DNA of 64,000 bases from positions 39,956-103,955 of the forward strand of contig CAYSZV010000002.1 of NCBI GenBank assembly GCA_964435595.1, given 5' to 3'. The stretch's first letter is position 1. Each line of letters starts with the position of its first letter. A program made the position numbers and the translations under genes. The stretch is from an uncultured Candidatus Izemoplasmatales bacterium (GTDB lineage Bacteria; Bacillota_I; Bacilli_A; Izemoplasmatales; Izemoplasmataceae). Positions 27,229 through 37,953 of this stretch are shown one piece after another. The notes under the pieces were generated by a model. It saw only the letters and a list, made by a program, of their open reading frames with translations, did no database searches and was not told the DNA's origin.

Positions 27229-28452
27229 TTATTTACTAAACATTATTTTCTCACTTTGGAATAGTTTATTTAATACAAATATCAAAATTGCCAAATAAAC
27301 TACACTAGATGAAACCATCAATATAAAGTGCACTCCCACTACTTCAAATGATAGAATCGCAATTATCATATTAACACTACTATATATTGGAATCAAGTAG
27401 GAATATAATGCTTGGCTTGCTTCACCACTAAACATTGTTGTGATACCGACAAAAACACTTAAAAAGTAAAATGGTAATATCAGCATACTAGCCTCTTTTA
27501 TTGTTTTGGCATATGCACTCAAAACACTGATGAGTCCAATTACTACCATTACTGTTCCTAAGATGACTGCAAACAGCATTAGGAAGTCTGAAAGTGCATA
27601 AATCTCAAATGGATTAACATTTCCACCTTCACTTCCAATTGTTACTAGTTTTCCAAGACTTAACATAACCCCTATAAAACTTGATGTTGCACTCATTAAG
27701 GAAATCAAACTCAAACTAAATACTTTACCCATTGCAATTTCGCTTCTTTTTACAGGGGTAATTAGCAATGTAGCAATCGTACCACGTTCTTTTTCACCAG
27801 CAATACTATCTGGTCCTATACTCATAGCTCCACTGAATAAAAACATAACAATCAACATTGGCAATAACATAGCCAATCCTTGTCCCAATCCTTTATTCGG
27901 ATATTCATAAGAAGTAGGAAATCCTTCCGTATTTGCATTCATTGATAGAATCGCATATGGATCACCATAACGGTCTAACCCTTCCATATACAAAAAGGTA
28001 TTAATAAATTGATTCACCTTACTTAAACTAGCACTACTATAACGTTCTGAATTATTATAATACGTTTGGATATTCGGCAGCACATAGTTTGGCTCTTCAA
28101 ACTGATCCAATTTCGTCATAAAATCTTCTTCAAATGAAATGAGAACATCAACTTCTCCATCTTTAATCAATTGTGTGACTTCCTCAAAAGAAGAGTCGTT
28201 CAAATCATAAAATTCAGGATTTTCATCAAATTGCTGATTGACAACATTCCTAAATTCAGTTGGCATATTCTCTGTATAAATAACCATTTTATGAGAATCA
28301 ATATCAGTTTCCATTCCAGTCGCTGCATCCCCAATCAAGGAATACATAATGAAGATGGCAAGACCAGGAAGAATAATTGATGTAAAGATAAGTCTTTTGT
28401 CGCTCATAACTCGATAAAACTCTTTTTTAAATATCGTTAGGACGTTTTTCAT
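27229..28452 (-). CDS. ABC-2 type transporter permease (NatB-like)
   Basis: 407 aa: one N-terminal TM, a large extracytoplasmic loop and then 5 TM segments. It is translationally coupled to the ATPase. Confidence 0.8.
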   Translation of the reverse strand: MKNVLTIFKKEFYRVMSDKRLIFTSIILPGLAIFIMYSLIGDAATGMETDIDSHKMVIYTENMPTEFRNVVNQQFDENPEFYDLNDSSFEEVTQLIKDGEVDVLISFEEDFMTKLDQFEEPNYVLPNIQTYYNNSERYSSASLSKVNQFINTFLYMEGLDRYGDPYAILSMNANTEGFPTSYEYPNKGLGQGLAMLLPMLIVMFLFSGAMSIGPDSIAGEKERGTIATLLITPVKRSEIAMGKVFSLSLISLMSATSSFIGVMLSLGKLVTIGSEGGNVNPFEIYALSDFLMLFAVILGTVMVVIGLISVLSAYAKTIKEASMLILPFYFLSVFVGITTMFSGEASQALYSYLIPIYSSVNMIIAILSFEVVGVHFILMVSSSVVYLAILIFVLNKLFQSEKIMFSK

Positions 28453-29231
28453 TGTTTATCTCCCCCTAACTCTTCTTCTTCAATCAAATCAAAGAACAAG
28501 TCTTCTAAGCTGCTATTTGATAGTTTCATTACGTTATCCATTGTGTCTGAAACTTTCAACTTCCCATTTATAATAATTCCTACTCGATCACAAAGTTTCT
28601 CAACAACACTCAAAATATGTGTGGATAAGATAACCGTTTTTTGTTGGTCTTTTAGTTCAAGTAAGTAATCTGTAACACTACGTGCTGTTAAGACATCTAG
28701 TCCGTTGGTAGGTTCATCAAAAATAATAAAATCAGGATTATGCACTAAACTAATTGCAATACTCGTTTTTTGTTTCATCCCTGTCGATAAATCTCCAACT
28801 TTCACTTCCTCAAATGGATGAATTCCAAAACGTTCAAATAAAATATTTTTACGTTCTTCAATCAATTCATCTTCTAATCCATGTAAACGTCCAAAATACT
28901 TGAAAAGATAACCAGGAGTAAAATGATCTTCAAGTTTCAATTCAGAGGTTAAAAACCCTATTTTTTTTCTGACATCATAGCTTGCATCTTTTACACTACT
29001 TCCACCAACAAGCACATCACCACTATCTGGCTTAATAAGTGTTGAAATAATACGTAATGTCGTTGTTTTTCCCGCACCATTAGGTCCCAATAATCCGTAA
29101 ATTTCGCCTGGAAAAGCAGTAAATGATATCTCATCAACTGCTGTTTTTCTATTTTCTTTTGTTCGATTCAATTTCTGTTGTTTCCTAGATAAGCGAAACG
29201 TCTTAGAAATATTCATTACTTCTAAATTCAT
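28449..29231 (-). CDS. ABC transporter ATP-binding protein (NatA-like)
   Basis: Walker A GPNGAGKTT, signature LSTGMKQK and Walker B IIFDEPTNGLD. Confidence 0.92.
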   Translation of the reverse strand: MNLEVMNISKTFRLSRKQQKLNRTKENRKTAVDEISFTAFPGEIYGLLGPNGAGKTTTLRIISTLIKPDSGDVLVGGSSVKDASYDVRKKIGFLTSELKLEDHFTPGYLFKYFGRLHGLEDELIEERKNILFERFGIHPFEEVKVGDLSTGMKQKTSIAISLVHNPDFIIFDEPTNGLDVLTARSVTDYLLELKDQQKTVILSTHILSVVEKLCDRVGIIINGKLKVSDTMDNVMKLSNSSLEDLFFDLIEEEELGGDKQ

Positions 29232-29260
29232 TATATTTCTCCTTTTAAATATAGAAAATT

Positions 29261-29791
29261 TTAGTCTAAGACAATTCCCATTAATAATAGATCAATATAT
29301 TCTCCATCAACTAAGAATCCGTTTCTTCTTATACCTTCATTTCTAAATCCAACTTTTTCATATAACCTGATTGCATTAAAATTATCAATACGAACTTCTA
29401 ATTCTACTTTTGTTTTCCCATATAGTCTTGCTTTTTCTAAGACTAGGTCCATCATATAACTACCCAGCCCTAAATTTTGATACTCTGATAAAATTGAAAG
29501 TCCGATCGTTACTTTATGTTTCAGTCTTGATAAACCACTTCCATGAAAGCCTATCGTTCCAATCACGCTATTTTCATTAAACACAACTAGCATACAATCA
29601 TGTTCCGATTTTGCAATCGTATCCAAATACATCATTTCATCATCGAGTGTCATAGTCACTTCGTGCGGTTCCCTTGATAAATACTTTGTTTCCTTATTTA
29701 CCTCAACAAAAAAATCCAAGATTAAAGCGGCATCTTTCACTTCTGTTTCCCTAATTTTCACCACTTGATTGTTTCTTAATGTATATTCCAT
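29261..29791 (-). CDS. GNAT family N-acetyltransferase
   Basis: 176 aa with an acetyl-CoA motif QNLGLGSYMM and RLYEKVGF. Confidence 0.85.
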   Translation of the reverse strand: MEYTLRNNQVVKIRETEVKDAALILDFFVEVNKETKYLSREPHEVTMTLDDEMMYLDTIAKSEHDCMLVVFNENSVIGTIGFHGSGLSRLKHKVTIGLSILSEYQNLGLGSYMMDLVLEKARLYGKTKVELEVRIDNFNAIRLYEKVGFRNEGIRRNGFLVDGEYIDLLLMGIVLD

Positions 29792-29851
29792 GTCATCACC
29801 TCTTTACTATTATACTATAATAACTACGTTATTAAAAACAGACATAATAAA

Positions 29852-29876
29852 AAAACTGACATTTTTGTCAGTTTTT
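29852..29876 (-). terminator. intrinsic terminator after flavodoxin-like gene
   Basis: Hairpin AACTGAC-N6-GTCAGTT with flanking A and T runs. Confidence 0.65.
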
Positions 29877-30355
29877 TATTCTTCTACTTTGATTTGATCT
29901 AAATTTTTCTTAATAATAGTAGCAAATTCTCTTGCTCTTTCTACTTCTTTTTCCAACAAAGGACCTTCTGTATCTTTTACAAAAAACTCTTCTGAATAAG
30001 AAATAGCTTTTAGTTTTTTACGTCTTGCAATCTTCTCTAATGTATCATTTGCATACCCAAAACGCTTTGCCATAAATTTTAAAAATTTTGGCACGGAATC
30101 ATTCATTTCTACTCTCGTATCAAAGAAGGCGACCCTAGGTCCATCCCGACTTATTTTTTTTACCAAAGACTTGATTTCTTTCGTAGGCGAAAAAGCCCTA
30201 GTTGGACTTCCAATTGTAACCAAATCATAAGAGTTAATCACTTCTTCATTAAAAGCTTGGACTTTGATAGTTTCACATTCCAACTCTTGCGCGATTGTCT
30301 CCGCAATCAATTTGGTATTTCCAAAATAACTATCATAAACAACTATCTTCTTCAT
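29876..30355 (-). CDS. flavodoxin family protein
   Basis: Starts MKKIVVYDSYFGNTKLIAE (flavodoxin FMN loop). The ATG at 30355 has a GGAGGA RBS. Confidence 0.8.
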   Translation of the reverse strand: MKKIVVYDSYFGNTKLIAETIAQELECETIKVQAFNEEVINSYDLVTIGSPTRAFSPTKEIKSLVKKISRDGPRVAFFDTRVEMNDSVPKFLKFMAKRFGYANDTLEKIARRKKLKAISYSEEFFVKDTEGPLLEKEVERAREFATIIKKNLDQIKVEE

Positions 30356-30549
30356 ATGTTTCCTCCTTCTTGTACTTGGAGTATTCATATCAGCACAATA
30401 TTATTTTATCACAAATTCATTTAGAAACATAATTTTGTTTCAAATCAAAACTATATGAGGAGTATTCATACTGTGATAAATCATTAAAAGTACTATTGTA
30501 AGTTTTGATAATTATTCGTATAATATTAGGTAAAGGGGGGATATTTTTT

Positions 30550-33537
30550 ATGAGAAAATATCTATTATTTGGACTTACAATACTATTAACGATCACCATT
30601 ACTGGGTGTAAAAAGCCTGTCATTGACGACCAGCCGGATCCAAAACCTACACCACTATACACAATAGAGGATTTTTACGATGATTTAGAACGTTATTCTG
30701 AACGACTCGATGAAATCGTCTCAGAAGGAAACATAGAAACAAAAATATCAAATCCAACAGTTTCTCGGTTAAGTGATGGAATCTGGGATGAGTACCTTAC
30801 AACCATAACAAGAGATGATATACTAGAAAGTCACTACAATAGTAATATTGATATCGTGCATGATTCATATTATGAAAACTTACTTACTACACAATCTTTT
30901 GTCGATACAATCAAAGGAATTATGAATGGGGAAGACATAGAACTGAACCAAGACTATTTCCCTTCAACAATAGATGATGCAACCTTTAAATTCTTTATGA
31001 TCGATGATAACTATATTTTGATTGATGCATTATTCGATACGAACCATAGATATTTAAAAATGGGGATGAATGATGATTTATTAGATTATCAAGAATTCCT
31101 GTATTATTTCGATCTCGGAGATGGTTCTCACAATGACGAAACTACTATGAACTTTAGCTATTTTAAATTTTTAGAAGACAAAGAAGCAATCCACACGCGT
31201 TATTCAAGAGACTCTTCTATGTTGAGTGTTATCAATATAGAAAAGAACGACACTTTCACAATATCAAAAGGATTGGGAATTATTGAAGGACCATATTACG
31301 AAGAAGCTGGATATGTTTTAAATAGATTTGATAGCGAAACAAATAGTACGACATTCCTTCAGGTTATGAATGATGAAATCATTGGTGAAACATATGATAT
31401 TTTCGATGAACATGGAAGTGTTTATAGATATGATGATTATGATAATTCAGATGGAATCATACGTGTTCAAATTAACTTTGCAACTGCAACTGGTTGGGAT
31501 TACGTTGTTGCAAGTAATGCAAGCAATGAAGAAATTGATGCAGAAACAGGAATATTCACCAATGATGGAACTAAAATTTATGATGAGTGGTTCAATTATA
31601 CTTACACACCTACTTATGGGTTCTTAGGTCTTTGGGTAGAACTCGAGAGCAAAGAACAATTAACCAATGAAATATTTTCTTTGAATCAGTACGGAATGAA
31701 TTTGAATCATCCAAAGGCATCAATTGAATATTTCAATCAAATAGATTTAGACAATTTTGATCAAATTAAAGACACATTTCAAATAGATAATTTAGATTTC
31801 TTTTCAGATGAAATACGTGATGAACTGTATTTATATGTAGACCAAGATATTAGAAACGCTTTGGAAGGTAAAATATCTACTCCTACAGATCCAATTGTTA
31901 CAACAGGAGATATTTTAGAATTCAATACTGCCTTCGCACAATTTAATGCCAATATGGAAGAACTCGGATATTACATAACACATGGAATTACCAATACTTC
32001 TTACCTTAATGAAGAGGAACAAGTTGTTGCATCAGCTACGATGAATGAATATTTATATTACAATGTAAATGAATTGTTCTTCAGATATGCAAGCGATACA
32101 TCAGGAGCAACGGATAATACATACGGATACTATATTGATGGTTCAACAGGACCTCTACTTGAATTCGAAAGAGATAACCCTGTTTTTGTAGAATTTGATA
32201 TTCTTGAAGATACTGCAAATACAGACAACTTCAATCAAGCTGTAAATCAATTTTTAGGCGTTGGAGAAACAAATAACGCTAAATCAATTAAAGCTATTGA
32301 TGAATACACATTTGAAGTCACAGTAGATTCACAAATCTTAGGTGATGGGACATACAATGTTGTTGCAATATTTGAGCAATTGGGTATCACCGGGCTTGAA
32401 GGACAAGACATTTTATTAACATACACATTTAACGAGTCGTTTGACTCATATGATATATCATATACTATAGATGGATTGACATTAAATGAAGGAGAACAAT
32501 CATACGATATCGTTATCACAAGTTTATCTAGTACCTGGATTGCAATTAATGGTATGGCATACCACCCACTTGAAAATCCATCATACAAATTTTATTTACC
32601 ATCTACCCCAATGATTGACATATTAGTTATGGAACCAAGCACAAGAAGAGTTGCTTTAACTAGAGGCACACAATACTTAACAATCCAAGTTCCAATTGGC
32701 GAATATGAAGTAGCGATATACGAAGATTACTCAGATACACAAATTACTATATATGATAAAGATATGAATGAAATTCCTTATGATCAACGTTTTGAATCAA
32801 CTTATGAGGGAATCTATTATGTCAAAATCGTATCTTCAACAGATCAATCTGCTAATATCTATTTACGTACAAATCCTACCCCTCAGTTTATTGAATTTGA
32901 TTTCGATTCTGCAGATGGTGAATTAATCAATTCTGTTAGCTTAGAAGGAAACACATGGTATACAATTAATGTCCCTTCAGCAGCACACGATCGACTATTG
33001 ATGATGAACCCTTACTATATTGGTGAAGTGGATGACCCTACAATGCATTTAATGTATATGATTGAAGAATTATACATTGATGGATTCTGTGATGTAAATC
33101 CAAATCCTGAATACCAAGAAACATGTTACTTCTACCTACCTGCAAACTATGATATTGAATTAGAACTAAACGGATATTACGTAGGTGATTTTGGTATAGA
33201 CTACTCATACATTGAAGTACCACAAGGAACATTTAATAACAATCATACTTGGGAAGATATCTATACGCCTATTAACGTGTGGCTAACTGAAGATAGTCCA
33301 GAAGCTAGAGTTGATTTCACAATAACCGAAGCAGGAGAATATTCTCTTGAAACTCTATATAGAGACTTTGGATATTCCTATCAAGATGCTGTCTTATATC
33401 AAAGTGATGGTACTCAAGTTACTTATGATTGGGAATTCACAGAAACACTTGCTCTAGGTGACTACTACATTTTATTCCAAGTAGATTATAACGAATCAAT
33501 ATTAATTTACATAGAAGCAGTAATTATTAAAGAATAA
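30550..33537 (+). CDS. large (995 aa) acidic surface lipoprotein, unknown function
   Basis: AAAGGGGGG RBS; signal peptide MRKYLLFGLTILLTITITGC. The protein is very Asp/Glu/Tyr/Asn/Ile-rich. The C-terminal third looks like three beta-sandwich-like modules. No catalytic motif is recognised. Confidence 0.8.
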   Translation: MRKYLLFGLTILLTITITGCKKPVIDDQPDPKPTPLYTIEDFYDDLERYSERLDEIVSEGNIETKISNPTVSRLSDGIWDEYLTTITRDDILESHYNSNIDIVHDSYYENLLTTQSFVDTIKGIMNGEDIELNQDYFPSTIDDATFKFFMIDDNYILIDALFDTNHRYLKMGMNDDLLDYQEFLYYFDLGDGSHNDETTMNFSYFKFLEDKEAIHTRYSRDSSMLSVINIEKNDTFTISKGLGIIEGPYYEEAGYVLNRFDSETNSTTFLQVMNDEIIGETYDIFDEHGSVYRYDDYDNSDGIIRVQINFATATGWDYVVASNASNEEIDAETGIFTNDGTKIYDEWFNYTYTPTYGFLGLWVELESKEQLTNEIFSLNQYGMNLNHPKASIEYFNQIDLDNFDQIKDTFQIDNLDFFSDEIRDELYLYVDQDIRNALEGKISTPTDPIVTTGDILEFNTAFAQFNANMEELGYYITHGITNTSYLNEEEQVVASATMNEYLYYNVNELFFRYASDTSGATDNTYGYYIDGSTGPLLEFERDNPVFVEFDILEDTANTDNFNQAVNQFLGVGETNNAKSIKAIDEYTFEVTVDSQILGDGTYNVVAIFEQLGITGLEGQDILLTYTFNESFDSYDISYTIDGLTLNEGEQSYDIVITSLSSTWIAINGMAYHPLENPSYKFYLPSTPMIDILVMEPSTRRVALTRGTQYLTIQVPIGEYEVAIYEDYSDTQITIYDKDMNEIPYDQRFESTYEGIYYVKIVSSTDQSANIYLRTNPTPQFIEFDFDSADGELINSVSLEGNTWYTINVPSAAHDRLLMMNPYYIGEVDDPTMHLMYMIEELYIDGFCDVNPNPEYQETCYFYLPANYDIELELNGYYVGDFGIDYSYIEVPQGTFNNNHTWEDIYTPINVWLTEDSPEARVDFTITEAGEYSLETLYRDFGYSYQDAVLYQSDGTQVTYDWEFTETLALGDYYILFQVDYNESILIYIEAVIIKE

Positions 33538-33542
33538 TGAAA

Positions 33543-33570
33543 AGGAATACTCAGATTATTGAGTATTCCT
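33543..33570. terminator. bidirectional intrinsic terminator
   Basis: Hairpin AGGAATACTCA-N6-TGAGTATTCCT flanked by A and T runs. Confidence 0.75.
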
Positions 33571-34164
33571 TTTTGCTTGTTGGTGCTTTTTAAATTCTTT
33601 TACTGGTTTTATAACAATATAGGGAACAAACAAAACAATATACACAGCTAAATTTGGAAGTTCAGCTACAATAATTAAATGCACAAAAATTAAAATATAA
33701 ACGATGTATGCAAATTGCTGGATTTTTTTCCAGGTCTGAATTGTGAATTTCTTTCTTACAAACATAAACGAAGTAATAAAGAGTGGAATCATAATGACAT
33801 ACGGTATCACTCCAAGCCATTCAAATCTGATGTCACCTCTTAGAAATTCAATTAAATATTTTAGACCATGCGAACTCATAATAATAAAACCAATAATCGA
33901 ATATTCTCTTCTTACCCCCATTAGTTTTTTACGTAATGTTGATCCTTTTTTCAATGCTCCTGCAACCATTACGATATATAAGAAACTAAATCCTAGATAC
34001 CCTTGAACAAATGGTTCAGTTATTGGTAAATTGTATCTTGTAATGAATGCTGCGATAGATAAGATGGTAAATAATGCATATAATTTAGTATTATGTTTTC
34101 TGATAAATTTCCCTTGGAAAACTGCTGCTACTGTAAATACAATTACAAATATAATAGCAATCAT
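33556..34164 (-). CDS. integral membrane protein (ferric-reductase-like TM domain?)
   Basis: 202 aa with ~6 TM segments. It is the last gene of the MMPL-TetR operon. The family assignment is weak. Confidence 0.55.
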   Translation of the reverse strand: MIAIIFVIVFTVAAVFQGKFIRKHNTKLYALFTILSIAAFITRYNLPITEPFVQGYLGFSFLYIVMVAGALKKGSTLRKKLMGVRREYSIIGFIIMSSHGLKYLIEFLRGDIRFEWLGVIPYVIMIPLFITSFMFVRKKFTIQTWKKIQQFAYIVYILIFVHLIIVAELPNLAVYIVLFVPYIVIKPVKEFKKHQQAKRNTQ

Positions 34165-34166
34165 TA

Positions 34167-34790
34167 TTATTTGTCCTTCCTTACTCCATTTTCAATATAA
34201 TCTAGTCTTCTAAAGAACAGTTTAAAGACTTCTTCTTTACTCATTTCTTCATTTTCTGCTTTGATTAACGTATTAATCATAATTAGTACGATCATCTCAA
34301 ACAAATCAAGTACTTCTTGTTTGTTAAGACCATATTTATTTTGTGCAATATACTGATCTAGTGGTACATTATTCGCTTCTAGTTCCTTGAATACTTCCAT
34401 AATAATATAATCTTGGATTGATCCCTTTTTCACCGTTTGAACATAGTGTATATAGTTGCGGAACAAAGAATATTTATGTTCATCATTGTACTTATCAAAG
34501 TCATATACAAACAATTTTCTAATAAACTCAAAATAGTCTCCTTTTGCTTCTATCATTAAATCTTTAGCATATTTAAATCGTTCAGCTTTTACAGTAGTAA
34601 AGAGATAATTAAACAAGCTTTCTAAATCATCAAAATATGTATAAAATGACCCTCTAGAAATCCCTGCTTTTTTGACTATCTTGTTAACACTTACTTGTTC
34701 AAAAGGTTTTGAAGTAAACTCAGACATTGCGGTATCAAGAAACTTTTTTTGTTTTTCTTTGCTAATGTTAAAAAACATTTTTTTAGGCAT
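34167..34790 (-). CDS. TetR/AcrR family transcriptional regulator
   Basis: The N-terminal HTH VSVNKIVKKAGISRGSFYTYF is a TetR signature. The ATG at 34790 has a GAAAGGA RBS and overlaps the MMPL stop by 8 nt. Confidence 0.88.
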   Translation of the reverse strand: MPKKMFFNISKEKQKKFLDTAMSEFTSKPFEQVSVNKIVKKAGISRGSFYTYFDDLESLFNYLFTTVKAERFKYAKDLMIEAKGDYFEFIRKLFVYDFDKYNDEHKYSLFRNYIHYVQTVKKGSIQDYIIMEVFKELEANNVPLDQYIAQNKYGLNKQEVLDLFEMIVLIMINTLIKAENEEMSKEEVFKLFFRRLDYIENGVRKDK

Positions 34791-36960
34791 CTGATTTATC
34801 CTTTCTAAGTCCAAATATGAATGGTAATAACGTTAGTGTTAAAACGACACTAACTACCATACTAACCCACATCAACACTGATACATTAAAGTGTATTGTT
34901 AATGGAGAGAACATTAAACTACTTAAACCTAATGATATTCCCATCGCATTGGCAATGATTGGACGTGATGAATTTTTAAACGCTTTATCAATTGCTAATT
35001 TATTATCGTTTGTTTCTTTTAAATAAAACTTATATACACTACTAAAGTGCACTGCATAATCAATTCCAACTCCGATTGTGATACTAAAGATTATAACTGT
35101 AGTAATATTCAGTGGAATTTGACTCAGTCCTAAGAAGCCATATAAACTTACGACCGTCAATATAATTGGGATTAAACTATAGACAGCAACCCTCAAACTT
35201 CTTAAGGTAATAACGAGCATAATCAATACAACACCTAGAGCTAATAGAATACTATTGAACTGCATGGCAGAAATAGAATCATTTAAATCTTTCATTAAAT
35301 ATTGTACACCTGTTACACTACTATTCATATTTAGTCCATCGACAGTGTTTTCTATCACTTCAAGTGTTTCATTGCTTAGGTCTTTTGGAAAGACAAGCAA
35401 ACGAACAACATTTTCATCAGTAGCGATTAAATTATGAACCGTATTATTTGGATCACTTATTAACTGCGAATAAATATTATTTAATACCATGTCATTTGAT
35501 ATTGGGACAGTTGTATCAGGATCTCCATCATTGGCAATTGTATTATTAAATACAATACCCATTAATTCATATGGATTGATTACTTTGTTTACTTCATCTA
35601 GATCGTACAACGCTTCTACCAATGTGTTCAATTCATCAATCGCAGCAACAGACACAACATCATTTGTTGTTTCAACACTGACATAAACAGGTATGCTTCC
35701 ACCATTGATTTCATTTACTTTTTCTGCATTTTGATTTACGATTGTACTTTCTTTATATACCATCAGCATATTAAATTCATTATTAATACGTCCGAAGAAT
35801 ATACTAGACATAATGATGATTACCAATACAATAATTAAACTCGGTATTCCTGATAATTTTCTAATTCCGTTAGCAATATCAAATTTACTTGTTCGTATTT
35901 TCTTTCTAGATACATCAATATTATTTGATAGAATTAATGGTAGAACATACCACGTAGCTACTCCTGCTAATAAAATTCCCACAGATGAATACAGACTTAA
36001 ATCTCTAATACTATCTGTACTGATAGACAATAATGATAAAAATCCAGCCATTGAAGTTAAAGTTGTTACAATCATCGGAATTCCAACCAAACGCAAGGTA
36101 CTTATTAATGCATCATGATTACTTAAACCTTCCTGTTTTGAATCTTGATAATGAGACATAAAATGGAGCCCATCAGCACTACCAATAACAATAATAAATA
36201 TTGGTACAACGGCCGTTAAGATAGAAACTTCATTCCCTAGCCATCCAATTAGTCCAAAGGTCCACAAGGATCCAATTGCCGCAGGTAAAACGCTAAAAAC
36301 TGTAGGTTTAAATGCTCCCATTTGCCATCTAAATACTGAGAATATTATTAACATTGTAATTGGAGGTAATATCAATAATATTTTTATTATATAATCAGTA
36401 ATCTTCAATTGATTATATGAATCTCCAGATATGTATGAATCATAGCTAGTAGATTCCAATACAGATTCAATATCTTCGATACTATCTTTTGTAAAGTCTT
36501 CACTTATAAATAATGTATAGACAAAGTAATTCACATTTTCTTCAATTTTCAAAGGTGAAAAATCACCAAAACTTTGATAATAAGTAATAATCATTTCAGA
36601 TGACAATGCATCGTAATCTGTAGGTGTTCCGTTAATCAATAATTGTTCTGGAGTTGCACCTTGAACAAATGAAATATCAGCAATACCTTCCAATTCTCTC
36701 TGTATAGAGCTCATATCACTTAATACATCATCAGTAATGCTATCAGCCTCAAGGATAACAATTAGTTGGTTTAGTTCCCCAAATATTTCCTCAGTTTCAT
36801 CCAATCGATCTTTATAGATTGATTCATCTGGTGAGAAACTAGCAAAATCTGTGTTTAACTGAATTCTCACAATTCCCAATATGGCAACAATATTAATCAT
36901 TAAAAATAGGACAAGCAATAGTTTCTTATTCTTGAATATAAAATCCGTGTATTTTCTCAT
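34783..36960 (-). CDS. MMPL/RND-superfamily efflux transporter
   Basis: ~725 aa with a 12-TM duplicated 1+5 TM architecture and two extracytoplasmic loops. The ATG at 36960 has an AAGGAG RBS. Confidence 0.85.
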   Translation of the reverse strand: MRKYTDFIFKNKKLLLVLFLMINIVAILGIVRIQLNTDFASFSPDESIYKDRLDETEEIFGELNQLIVILEADSITDDVLSDMSSIQRELEGIADISFVQGATPEQLLINGTPTDYDALSSEMIITYYQSFGDFSPLKIEENVNYFVYTLFISEDFTKDSIEDIESVLESTSYDSYISGDSYNQLKITDYIIKILLILPPITMLIIFSVFRWQMGAFKPTVFSVLPAAIGSLWTFGLIGWLGNEVSILTAVVPIFIIVIGSADGLHFMSHYQDSKQEGLSNHDALISTLRLVGIPMIVTTLTSMAGFLSLLSISTDSIRDLSLYSSVGILLAGVATWYVLPLILSNNIDVSRKKIRTSKFDIANGIRKLSGIPSLIIVLVIIIMSSIFFGRINNEFNMLMVYKESTIVNQNAEKVNEINGGSIPVYVSVETTNDVVSVAAIDELNTLVEALYDLDEVNKVINPYELMGIVFNNTIANDGDPDTTVPISNDMVLNNIYSQLISDPNNTVHNLIATDENVVRLLVFPKDLSNETLEVIENTVDGLNMNSSVTGVQYLMKDLNDSISAMQFNSILLALGVVLIMLVITLRSLRVAVYSLIPIILTVVSLYGFLGLSQIPLNITTVIIFSITIGVGIDYAVHFSSVYKFYLKETNDNKLAIDKAFKNSSRPIIANAMGISLGLSSLMFSPLTIHFNVSVLMWVSMVVSVVLTLTLLPFIFGLRKDKSDA

Positions 36961-36990
36961 TTGAGTCTCCTTCTTTCGCACACTAAATTC

Positions 36991-37020
36991 ATTATAATTG
37001 ACACCCTGTCAACTTGTCAA
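36991..37020 (-). promoter_or_regulatory. promoter with TetR-type operator palindrome in the spacer
   Basis: Minus strand TTGACA (37015-37020), an 18-nt spacer, then TATAAT (36991-36996). The palindrome TTGACAnnnTGTCAA (36998-37012) lies between the boxes. Confidence 0.65.
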
Positions 37021-37054
37021 TAGAAATCGACATTTCCCTTTATTCAAACAAAAA

Positions 37055-37078
37055 AAGGTTGCTATATATAGCAACCTT
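37055..37078 (-). terminator. intrinsic terminator
   Basis: Hairpin AAGGTTGCTATA/TATAGCAACCTT followed by T7 on the minus strand. Confidence 0.75.
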
Positions 37079-37113
37079 TAAAATCCATTATTTATTATGT
37101 ATCTATTACTTCT

Positions 37114-37752
37114 TTACTCAATCAACGAAACGGTATAGGTATATTCTTCTAAATCAAGTTCACCCATTGAAATCATAGCTTCTATCGCTGCAGCATCAAA
37201 ATAACCTAAAATCCTATCCAGTGTGTCTTTCGTAATCTCATCTTCATTTAGATATAAAGAATCTAACACCAAATCAATTTCTAATTCTGTCATTTTAAAT
37301 TCTACATCGAATACAGCAAATAAAGCTGTTTCAAACTCAGGAAACTCACCTCTAGCAAAATTCACAGTGACAACAATTTGATTATCATCATTTAATTCAA
37401 CAAAAATATACTCAACATTCCCATATGGTGTTTCTACAACAACATCGCATGCCACCTCTGTGCAATCATCACCCAATGGATTATAATCTTCATTCACATT
37501 AGTTCGAATCGAATCAAGCAACATGTAATTAAGAAATTCTTCTGTTAATGTATATTCATCCTCAGTAGAGAATGGATTAACAATTTCAATCAACTTTAAC
37601 TGTGCAATAGCTAATAAATCTCCCTCTGTTTCATATACATCTTGCGGTAAATCACTTTCTGTAACATCTACACTAAACCTAGTAATCAACATATTTAATC
37701 CAACAAATGCAAGCAACAATACAATTACGACAAAAATTAATAATTTTTTCAT
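37114..37752 (-). CDS. membrane-anchored acidic protein, unknown function
   Basis: 212 aa with one N-terminal TM followed by an acidic extracytoplasmic domain. No motif recognised. Confidence 0.65.
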   Translation of the reverse strand: MKKLLIFVVIVLLLAFVGLNMLITRFSVDVTESDLPQDVYETEGDLLAIAQLKLIEIVNPFSTEDEYTLTEEFLNYMLLDSIRTNVNEDYNPLGDDCTEVACDVVVETPYGNVEYIFVELNDDNQIVVTVNFARGEFPEFETALFAVFDVEFKMTELEIDLVLDSLYLNEDEITKDTLDRILGYFDAAAIEAMISMGELDLEEYTYTVSLIE

Positions 37753-37883
37753 ATACTATTTTCCCTCCTAAAATACATCTACTTTTATTTTACTATACAT
37801 ATTGATCAAACAAAACATTATTATGATAAACAACCACATTTCGAAAATTATGTTCAAAATAAAAAATATATTCACTATAGTTA

Positions 37884-37935
37884 TTGACATATGCCCAAAA
37901 AGGTGTATGATGTAGTTGAGGGCATATGCCCAAAA
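37884..37935 (+). promoter_or_regulatory. promoter with two direct copies of CATATGCCCAAAA
   Basis: TTGACA (37884-37889), a 16-nt spacer, then TATGAT (37906-37911). Copy 1 (37888-37900) overlaps the -35 box. Copy 2 (37923-37935) sits in the 5' UTR within the perfect palindrome GGGCATATGCCC (37920-37931). Confidence 0.6.
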
Positions 37936-37953
37936 TAGAAAGGAGGCGTTACA

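Noticed and set aside
30417-30662. 81-aa minus-strand ORF in the flavodoxin/lipoprotein divergent region.
   Set aside because: It overlaps the promoter, RBS and signal-peptide codons of the large lipoprotein gene and has no RBS of its own.
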